Shown piece by piece: positions 12,201 through 23,600 of a stretch of 64,000 bases of DNA. Where the stretch lies: contig OZ024742.1 of NCBI GenBank assembly GCA_964016885.1, forward strand, positions 140,616,001 through 140,680,000, read 5' to 3'. The notes beneath the pieces were generated by a model. It was not told where the DNA came from. It did no database searches and was given only the letters and a program-made list of their open reading frames with translations. Source of the stretch: Eledone cirrhosa (Eukaryota). Both the position numbers and the translations under genes were made by a program. Within the stretch, counting starts at the first letter, position 1. Each line of letters begins with the position of its first letter.

Positions 12201-15200
12201 TTAACCTCTGCTTTAGAAGTGAAATTTACCTTAAAATGCTTGTTGGTATTAATAGTGTATTGAACAGTAGGTAATTAGTGAAAGTGTAACAAGCAACTTG
12301 TTGGAAGAAACTTAAAATATGTGGTTTCTTAACCTTCCAAATATCAAACTATTTGAAATTTCTCCATGTTCTACGATATAGAGCTTTTTAATACTTTCGT
12401 TATCATATTTCTAAAATGCCTATAATTTTCAATTCATTTTGAAAAGAATTAAGAATTTGAAGAGATTTCATAATATAACTTTCTCATCATTAAACTGGCA
12501 TTTGAAATCATCATCATCATCATCATATTTTACGTCCGCTTTTCCCTGCTTGCAAGGGTTGGATGGGAACTGATTCTGGCTTGATTTCTACAGCTGGATG
12601 CCCTTCCTAACACCAACCTCCTTTACAGCCACTTTGCACTTCTCATTTCTACAGCTGAGTAAACTGGAGCAATGTGAAATAAAGTGTCTTGCTCAAGTAA
12701 ACACCACATCACCGGTCTGAGAATTGAACTCACAACCTTTCGATTGCAAGGCCAATACTCTAACCACTAAGCCATGTGCCTCCTTGAAATATAACTTCAT
12801 AAAAGTTCTTATATAAAATAAAGTTTAATATTATATTATGGCATTTTCAAGTGATTTGGTATGAAAAGGGTTAAAATGTTCCTATTAAAAATTTTAATAA
12901 TTTTATGTAAGAAACTAAGTTATACTTAAATTTAATTATATTACTAAATCCCCCAAAGTCATTTGAAAATCATAGACAGTGTTTTTCACTAGTAATGAAT
13001 ATATACATTTAAAGATATTCAAACAGACTTAGATAACATCTCAATCATATTTGATGTGTTGCTGAAATTTTCAATTCTTTTCTAACTCTGCTCAGCAATC
13101 TAGATGTTTGACAACTATGTTTTTAATGGTTGGCAATGATAGGAAGTTTGTACAATTCAAGCAATACCATCCTTGTGATCCATTGGGAGTACCTCTGGGA
13201 GCCAGAGAGTGGCTTGCTTTATTATAGATGCGTTCTAGGATGCAAGTGTTAGCAATAGTAGAACCCTCCTATGCATTTGTGTATTTGTCCGAGTCAAACC
13301 CACCTAAAATCACCTCTCATCATCATCATCATCATCATCACCGTTTTACGTCCGTTCTTCCACGCTAGCATGGGTTAGACGGGTTGTCCTGTTGTGGGCA
13401 GTGTCTGGTCGGCTGACCATGCCTTGCTCATACAGGAACTGATCTGGCTTGATTTCTACAGCTGGATGCCCTTCCTAACACCAACCTCATTTACAGTGAG
13501 TGCTGGGTGCTTTTTCGTGGCGCCTACACGTCCACTTTACAGTGTGGGCTGGGTGCTTTTTTGCCGTGGCACCTCCACGACCACCTTGCGGTGGGGGTGG
13601 GGGTGGGGGGGGGGATATTGTTTATATGCTTCAGCATGTACCCATGGGAGGTCGGGTACCCTGTATTACTGCGTGACGCCAGAAGTCACGGTCGTGTGTC
13701 ATTGACTTTGAGAGGTGTAGTTGGGTAAGGTCGGCTTTTATCACCTCATCCCAAGTCATCTTGGGTCTCCCCACTCCGCGGTTTCCATCAACTTCTAGTG
13801 CTCTGCACCTTTTTATGCAGCTGTCATCCTTCATACGCATCACATGTCCATACCAGCGTAACCGCCTCTCCTGCACGCAGCATTTGATTCCTCTTATGCT
13901 CAGTCTCTCTCTCAATTCATTTATGCTCTGTCGTTCACGTATATTACTGTTACACATCCATCGGAGCATGCAGGCTTCGTTTCTCTCTAATCTACGTAAG
14001 TCTTCCACCTTCAGCGCCCAGGTCTCACTACCATGCAACATCGCTGTTCGGATACACGCATCATACAGTCTGCCTTTCATTCTGAGGGAGAAGCCTTTTG
14101 CAGCTAGCAGTGGTAGTAGTTCCCTAAACTTCTTCCATCCCGTTCTTACCCTAGTTATTGTACTTTCTGAGCACCCACCTCCGTTGCTAATTCGGTCACC
14201 TAGGTAGCAGAAGCTGTCTACTGTTTCTACAGGGCCCTCCCAGAGATTGGTGGTACTTGCTTCCTGTGGCTGTTTGCTTGCTGTTTCAGCACAGCTGCTG
14301 CATGTGAATCCTACATTCTTAATTAAGCTTCCTGAGATCCCGCTACATCTCTTGTGTACCCATTGTTTGCATTTGGGGCAAAGAATGGAGTTCCTACCTA
14401 CACCTTTCCTACATACTGAGCAAGGCCATTTCCCTGAGGGAAAAATAGTCATTTTAAAGTGTTCAAATTAAAATGTTTTCCACGCTCAGAGTTGCTGAAG
14501 CATGAAACAAACTACTCGCATCTGTTGTTAGCTGTCGGGACAATGCATCTTTCAAAACTTCCATGCTTCCCAAAATTCACCAACACTACACCTGATATTC
14601 CCCACTCCATACACATGCATGCGTGTGTGTGTGTGTGTGTGTGTATCTGTGTGTATATCATGATTCAAACACTGTTCAGTTTCTTAACATTTGTACATTA
14701 TTCTATGTACTTTACATGCATCTTTGATGAGATGTAGGGCACCTGATCACTGAACACAATCATTTTCATTATTATTAAAACTCTCCACCATGATTTTTAT
14801 CTCAGAACCTTTTAAGGTTCAAAACACCAGCTTAATATTGAAACATTTTCTTATTTTACTCAATAACACCAGATTCTTGATTATTTTCAAAATTAACTGA
14901 AATATAAGCATAATTATCATTATCACTTCATGTCTGTTTTCCATGCTTGCATGAGTTGGATGGATTGTTACAACCTTAACACATTTTGCTCATACATTTC
15001 ATTTTAGCAGACTATCCACAGTTGGATGCCCTTCATAATGCCAATCACTTTAGAAAGTAAAGTATACTAGTGTGTTTTATGACAGCATCAGTAGTGTTTT
15101 CATTAGAAATATGGTCTCCAAAGGATTAATGTTTGTTTCCATAGATTACATGAATGTCAGGTTTCCTTCATTACCATAGCAACAGAAGAGAGAAAGAATT

Positions 15201-17571
15201 TTAGAGTCATTGACATCAAGAAATAGGTGACTATCAGCTAAGCTAGATACTTCAGAAATATGTGGAAGAAGAGGTAAGTAAAGAGGACCTACCTTGACTT
15301 CCGTTCTGGGGAGGAATCCTTGTCATCATCCTTCAGTGGAAGGGAACATTCCCTAGTTAGTTTAGGAGGAGATGGACTGATGTATTTCTTTTTCACTGGT
15401 GACTTTTGTCGACTTCGACTACGAGATCGCCGCTTCATAGATCTGAAAGCAGGAGATTTAATAACAGAATAACTTCACAGCCCTGGTCACCCTCTCTATG
15501 CTGTGCTGGACTTACCTATAAGCTATAGCTTAGGGCCACACACCCTTAGAAGCCTCATTTTTTAAAACATTTTTATTTTTTCACACTAAATCATTAAGGA
15601 CTGTGGGAAATTTAAGAATGAAAGGCCTTCAGAAAAATAATAGATTAGAAATGCCTGAAGTAGACTGGCTACTATAAAGGCTTCATGTATACCAGTTAGG
15701 GAACAACACATCACTTGTTTGTTTTTGTTTTAAACCATTTCCGTTTCACATTTGAAAATATGGTAATAGCGCTGAAATATCATGTTGAATGTACTGGGTA
15801 AACATTACTTTGTTTTGTTTTATTTGTTATCCTTTGCCCCTTATATATTTCTACTACATTTTAGTGTCTTTTTGAAACTTTTCAGTTGTTTATTAAATAT
15901 ATATATATATATTATTTATTCTTTATCATTAACAAAATACAAAAATAATCATGTATAATTATTAAAATTTTTTTTAGAGAAGGGCATTAAATTTCATATA
16001 GCTGAGGGCCTCATCAGGTAAATGTCCAGCCTTGTCTCTATACCACCAGCCAACATTCCCGTTACCCCAGAACCACTTCTCATTGACATCCGTCACTTGC
16101 TCTCTAATCAGTAAACATGTAGCTACCATTACTAACCCCCATACTCTGACTCCCTTCTTCCACTACAACCATTCCTCTATTACTCCCTCCAATACAGTCT
16201 CTCTCTCAGTAAGCCCCTCTGCCACCCTGCTACTTCTTGTCAGCCTCCTGTTTATGAGTATAGACTACATTAGACAATCCAAGGCAAACTCACAAGAGCT
16301 GGCCTCATGATAACTTGCACCCCATAATGTGGTGGTGATTGAACAGAATTAAAGTAGGGTCAAGAGCAACCTTTAATTTTGAGGACATGAGAAACTCTCT
16401 AATATTGGTATCACAATAAAATGCACCCAGCACACTATGTGTCTATGTATATATGTGAGTTGATATACATGTGTATATATGACCATGTATAGGTATCCTT
16501 TTCGAAGTGCTTGTGGCTATACCATTTCCATATATTCTGAAATTACATGCAATATAAGTGTACTTTATCTATAAACCTAGCAAATCGACCTCATTTTAAT
16601 AGCAACTAAGTCTCACTAGCTGTTTTTACTTATAAGGTTCCATGTAACGACTTATGTAATACATTATACATTCTATATTTGTTAGTGTAAAGATTTACAT
16701 GGCCATGTTTTAGTTAAAAAATAAAATGATAAAATAATGTTATAGTAAAATAATATAATTATGTTGTTATATTATATATTATCTTGTGTGTGTGTATATA
16801 CACTTCTGAGCACCACTATACTTACGGTAGTCCATAATAATAATCACTATTAATATGCTACAAACACCTTTCAAAACCAACACCACTAATTATACATTGA
16901 TCATTAATTCACTGGATAATATAAGTATAGTTTGACACGCTGTAACTCAGAGCAATTATTCAACTGGCCACATTAAAGAAAAACACAGCTTTAAAGCTTT
17001 TGAGGTTGCCGCATCAAATCGAATTTATAACATATATCAGCCAATTTGGCTCTCTACATACATTGGAACTTCAAACATGATTAATATTAACAATAATTTA
17101 TGTATCTTTCCAATATCTTTTTCTGCTGCTTCTAAACTAATTTTGCTTCACTTCCTCACTTTTTCATGTTCCTGTCTATCTATTTTATCTAACCACCAAC
17201 AAATATTCTTCTAACTATATAAGGGGAAAATAATATTGTTAATGATAATGAGGTAATGCTTTTTACCTCAACCAATCACTTACAACTTAGTACGTTACAA
17301 CCATTTCATGTACGTCTTCCTTAAATGCTTGCTTTACACCCAATATTTGATATGGGATCTATTATTCTTATGTGAATTTGGTCAACTTTGTTCCTTCTTA
17401 TATTTCTTAAAGAAATGCAGTTGTTATATGTATTATGTTTTGTGTAAATAACTGTTAATTAACTATTTTCAATTGACTTAATGTTTACATATACTACTGT
17501 CACCTCTATTGAAACTTACGTAGAAATTAAAGAATCCATTTACGTTGTTGATATTGGTTTTTTTTTCATTC

Positions 17572-17608
<37 letters not shown>

Positions 17609-20600
17609 GATATATTAACAAATGGAAACTATATTTATTTCATTATACATATTTCAAGGACAACCAAGTTAAATTATGGTGTGCTTTCATCAGATAAAAT
17701 ATAATATAGATCAGTTTTATAAATAAATATTGACATGAGCTTCCAACAGAAATGGTCGCATTCTTTAAGGGTATGTCAATATTTATTTATAAAACTGATC
17801 TATATTATATTTTATCTGATGAAAGCACACCATAATTTAACTTGGTGTCCTTGAAATATGTATAATGAAATAAATATGATTTTATAAATATAGTTTCCAT
17901 TTGTTAATATATCGTATTTTTACTCCAATAATTTGTTGAGTGCTTTATATCAGTTATAAAAATATTTGCTTGTTGTATCCCAACAATTTAAATAGAACTT
18001 CTACATATATATATATATATATATCATTTCATCATCATTTTATTTTACGTCCACTTTTCCCTGCTTGCAAGGGTGGGACGGGAACTGATTCTGGCTTGAT
18101 TTCTACAGCTGGATGCCCTTCCTAACACCAACCTCATTTACAGTGAGTGCTGGGTGCTTTTTTGCCGTGGCACCTCCACGACCACTTTGCAGTGGAATGA
18201 TAAGGACCCCAGTCCTATCATCTCATTTCTACAGCTGAGTAAACTGGAGCAATGTGAAATAAAGTGTCTTGCTCAAGGAAACAGCACATCACCCGGTCTG
18301 AGAATTGAACTCACACCCTTTTGATCGCAAGGCCAATGCTCTAACCACTAAGCCATGTGCCTCCATATATATATATATATATAAGAAGCAATCAGAAAAT
18401 CCAGTGATCTAAAAAGTGGAACTTCAGGTAGGTCCACATAAGCATATATATATATATATATATATGTACGTATATATGTAAAAGGCAAATAACAAAGCAA
18501 ACGACACAGTATAATGAAGAAACATTATGAGTTTTACGTTTGATAATAGTAGGAAAAGTGTCAATGTTTTGGATGCTGGTCCTTCATCAGAGAATAGAAT
18601 GAGAAATCTAAGGAGAAATAGAAAGAGTGGGCATGGGCAGAATCGAAAAAACAATATATATATCATTTTGGTTTTGCTTGATTAACAAGTCTGATGAGCA
18701 GATTAGGCTGGAGTCGGGTCTATAACATTAACATGGATCCTGAGCCACCTGTCAGTGAAACCTCGTTTTGTTCTTAATATATATACACTGCCATAGCAGA
18801 GTGGTCATTTTGGTACCTTCCTCAGTAAACCACAAATCTACTGAACCACTATATCATCATCATCATTTAAAGTCTATTTTCCACGCTAGTATGGGTTAGA
18901 GAGGTTGTCCCATTTGAGGCAAGTCATGTCAGGTGACCATGTCTTGCTCATACAGAACTGTTTCTGATTTGGTTTCTACGCCTGGGTCCCCTTCCTAATG
19001 CCAACCACGTTGTAAATGTGGTTGGCATTAGGAAGGGCATCCAGCTGTAGAAACCAAGCCAGAAAGAGTTCTGTATGAGCAAGTCACGGTCACCTGGTCT
19101 AGCTTGTCTCACAATGGGACTTGTCTAAACCATGCTAGCGTGGAAAAATGGATGTTAAACAGTAATGATGATGGTACATGTGTGTATGTGTTTGTCACTT
19201 CACTTTGCATTTAACACCACTTGTACAGGCAGTCACATTCTTTATGTCTTGCATAAACCAAAGTGCTATAGCTCAGCAGTTAGAACTGTTAAGATGAATA
19301 CCTTAAAAAGCAAGCATGGATTGACACAAGTAAGGGCACCTAGCTGCAGAATACAACCTAAAAAAGACCAACTCACTTTAGCATGGAAAAAGGATGTAAA
19401 AACCAAAAATGAGATATAAACACATACCAATGAGTCAGTTGACCAGCTAGAAATAGCAGCCAATCTCCTTCAAACTACATCCTACCATGTTAAAAAAAAA
19501 AGCATATTGGATGTCATCATAGGTACATGATAAGATGGAATGGTCATCATTGGAATGTCATCATAGGCCTGCTTAGTCATAGTTGACTTGGAACTAAACA
19601 GTATTATAAATATATGAAACTGTAAACAGACAATATAGGAGAATGAAGTCTTTGTCGAGTACATGACAACCTATTTTGCATTGGTACCATGATAAAATGC
19701 ACTCAGTACACTCTGTAAAGTAGTTGGCACCAGGAAGTGCATGAAACCAAGCAAAAAATGGAATGCATGAGCAAGATATGGTCCAGCGAACTATCCAGAG
19801 TGGGACTGTGATGAGCCATCTAATCCATATCAGTATGGAAGCCTGATGTAAAATGATGATGAGTGTTAGGAAGGGCATCCAACAGTGAAAACCAAGTTAA
19901 AATTGGAACACATGAGCGTGGCATGGTCCACCAACCAGTTGGAGTGTTAAGTGAGTGGTCTTCGTATTGTATATTAGAATATATTAAAACATAATCAGCC
20001 TTATAATACACATCAACTTTCATGTTAAAACCCTTTGCACTTATTATTTATGTACATGTACAACAGAATGATTGGTAAATATCTGGGATAAAAGAAATGT
20101 TTTAGAATGACTGCGCAGGAAGGAGTGTAATTAAAAAGAAAAGAAAAAAGACATACCGGGGTGGGGTCCGCGAACGTCTTGCACTGTATGCTTTAGGTGG
20201 GGTACGTCTGTTAAAATATAATATATAAAAATTGAAGAATTTTACATTTTAGATTTATTTGTCAAATCTATGAATAAATTGATAAATACTTTGAACAAAT
20301 AAAATACTAAATCATATGAACAGGTCTAGATTATATCTAAAAACTAGTCACAGTTCTATATAGGTATACTGTATCCTTGCATATCAAACCACTAATAAGG
20401 TTGGCATCAGAAAATGCATCTGGCCATAAAACATTGGCTCAAAAAGGAGCCCATGAGGACTACAAAGATTCTGGTAGAAACTATGACATTTAAACACTTG
20501 TTGCTTTGTGTATTATCATCATTGCTTAACATTCATTTTCCCTGCTAGTAAGGAAGGGTTGGCTGGGTCAACACAGACCAAGTCACTACTCAAGTAGAGC

Positions 20601-23600
20601 TACTAACATCACATACAGGGCACCTTGCTTACATATGTTCCCCACATTCCACCAAATGCTCATGCGTGCTGGGGGACCTGCATCTAGCTTACACATGTTC
20701 CTGAAATCTACTGAGTGAATTTTATCCACTAAAGAGGTTGTCATAGCTTTGACACAACTAAAGAGTCTTTTCATCCCTTTGTTTGGCAAGTTTTCTATGA
20801 TTAGATACCCTTTCTATTACTGCCCATTTTACAGAGTGTACTCTGTATATTTATTGTAGGTCACCAATATTACATATCTAAATAGTCCTCCTGGCCTTCT
20901 GTTTGGTAGGCTTTCTGTCACCAACTACTTATATTTACAAAATGTATTGAGTGTGTTTATCATGTAGAATACCAACCCAAAAGTTACCCTTAACACTTTT
21001 TTTTTAGTATATTTATTTAAAACCTTTTACCATAATTTTATGTCAGAACATAGCACATGGCTTAGTGGTTAGAGCATTGGGCTTGCAATCGAAAGGTTGT
21101 GAGTTCAATTCTCAGATGTGTTGTTTCCTTGAACAAGACACTTTATTTCACATTGCTCCAGTTTACTCAGCTGTAGAAATGAGATGATAGGGACTGGGGT
21201 CCCTATCATTCCACTGCAGAGTGGATGTGTAGGTGCCACGGAAAAAAAGCACCCAGCACTCACTGTAATTGAGGTTGGTGTTAGGAAGGGCATCCAGCTG
21301 TAGAAATCAAGCCAGAATCAGTTCCCGTCCCACCCTTGCAAGCAGGGAAAAGTGGACGTAAAATGATGATGATGATTTGTTAAATCATGTATCAAACACC
21401 AGCTAAATAACAAGAAAATTAATTATATTACCACAACCCTCCAAATCCTTGAATATTTTCATTAGAAATGTGATACGGAAAAGGCTAAACTAAAATATAC
21501 TTTTGCTTCAACATACAGATGGCTAAAACATCTATTCTTGAGTGAAATATTATTATTCATAGTAAACTATGCTTTAAGTATTTTAAGGTCATCTTTTCTG
21601 CTTTGGCAGGGGTTAGCCTTTCAGGCCTTATGACAAGCTTCATACTAATCATGGTTCTTTTTGAGGTAGTGTTTTATGCCCACATGCCCTTCTTAGAGCC
21701 AACCATATTAGTCACCTTTTAGACATGTACTTATACAAAGCTCAGATACATACAGGAATAAAGTATATACATAATACATAACTATAAAATTCTTAGACTC
21801 TTGATAAGTTTAGTTAGAGAATATTTAAACAAAAGAAACACCATTCTTCTCAACTTGTAATGTCAATCTAAAATAATTTACATACTTAATATACCTGGTT
21901 CTAGATCTTGATCTTTTACGGTGTGGACTTCTGGATTTTCTTCCTCTAGAGCGAGATCGTGGATGACGTGTTCTATGTAAAAAGGAAAAATAAAATGAAA
22001 AAATTAAATATGCTGGTTAAAGTATAGCAAAAAACCATTCCAACTAGATCCACACACATCAAGGGAACTTTCAACAGACATACTCGCATTGAATGCTGAA
22101 ACCTATTTCTTAAGAAATCTATTAGTCCCACTTATATCACATAAACTATAAAGTTAAATAGAGGTTTCTTACACAGGTATAAGTTCACACATTTGTGGAA
22201 ATGAAACAGTCAATCAGTACTTGTCTGGTACTTTATTAACCTCTCAAAGGTTGAAAGGTAAAGTCAACTTTGGCAGGATTTGAACTGAAGCAGATTAAAT
22301 ATGTAACGAGATGTAGAAATGTTACCACACAGCAGTTAATTATTGAATTTCAGTTTCATGAATGTTTTTGTGTATTTAAAAAAGGATTTGGAAGCCAAGC
22401 AATTAATCCTTTTGATACCAAACCACCTGAAACTGGCCTGGCTTCTATGATATAAAACTGTTTAGTTTCAACTGTTTATATTTATCTAAAAAAAAAAACT
22501 TTCATCGTAATTTATGTAAGAATCGACTTAATAATGAGAAAGTTAGTTACATTACTGACCTCTTCAAATTATAAATTTTCCGAATCATTTGAAAATTGCA
22601 CAAGTGTCTCTCATTACAAATATGGTAATGAAAGGGCTAACATAGTGGACACATAGTTAACAGCTTTCAATCTTATTTTCTAGTGAGATACAGACAGGAT
22701 GTTTCACAGCAAAGCTGCGTGTGTGTGTGCGCGCATGCGTGTACAAAGATCTACATTTGAAGATGCATGAAATTGAATCCCATCGCAACCACAAAAAAAC
22801 AAAAAAAAAAAACACATATACATAAGTATATTAGTTTCATAGCATTTACAAGTGATTCTACTTACTTGCATAACAGATAATGATATAATTCAGATAATTG
22901 CATGATTTTTCAAAACAATGCATAAAATGCAAATTATACCAATTTCAGTTAGCTGCACAAAATACTTTTTCTGCTTTACAGTAAAAATAATTGTGAAATG
23001 TGTAAGATGTTTATAAAATTTGATACAAATAAAGTGATTCTGGAAGATTCTGTTTTCAGAATGAATTAAAATGATAGTAGTCAGTACTTGATGTTGATAT
23101 GAAGTACATTTGAAATCAAAATGCATAAAGCTGGATCGATACCATTGTATATCCACTCCAACACAATCCTCACAACCCACCACACTGGGCTAGTACTTTA
23201 TTTATTAGTCTCCGAAAAGATAAACAGAAAAGTTGACTTCAACAGGATTTGAAATCAGAGTAAAGAGAGTCGGAACAAATATCGCAATGCTTTTAATCCA
23301 ACGCTCTAAAGAATCTGCCAATTCACAGCCTTATAACTGAAAGCAGTATAAGTATTTGAATGACATAAAAATAATTAATAAATGTAATTTTATTTATAAT
23401 ACACATTTGACATACACAGCATACAGATCTTAAGTGATTTATATATGTAAACGCATTCATACAAATATATAAGCAACAACAGATGAATTTAACTCTTTTA
23501 ACACCAAGCTACCAATAACCACCTCTTTAAAAGTGTTCAAATCTAAATTCAAATCATGAAATGAAATACCATTGTTCCATGACAATATTAGATTTCAGTA

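Noticed and set aside
13761-14207. 148-aa + strand ORF (similarly 52856-53332 and 61193-61435)
   Set aside because: Antisense shadows of LINE coding sequence.
15990-16020. CTGATGA...GAAA motif on the - strand as a hammerhead
   Set aside because: Stem II and stem III do not pair; too degenerate.
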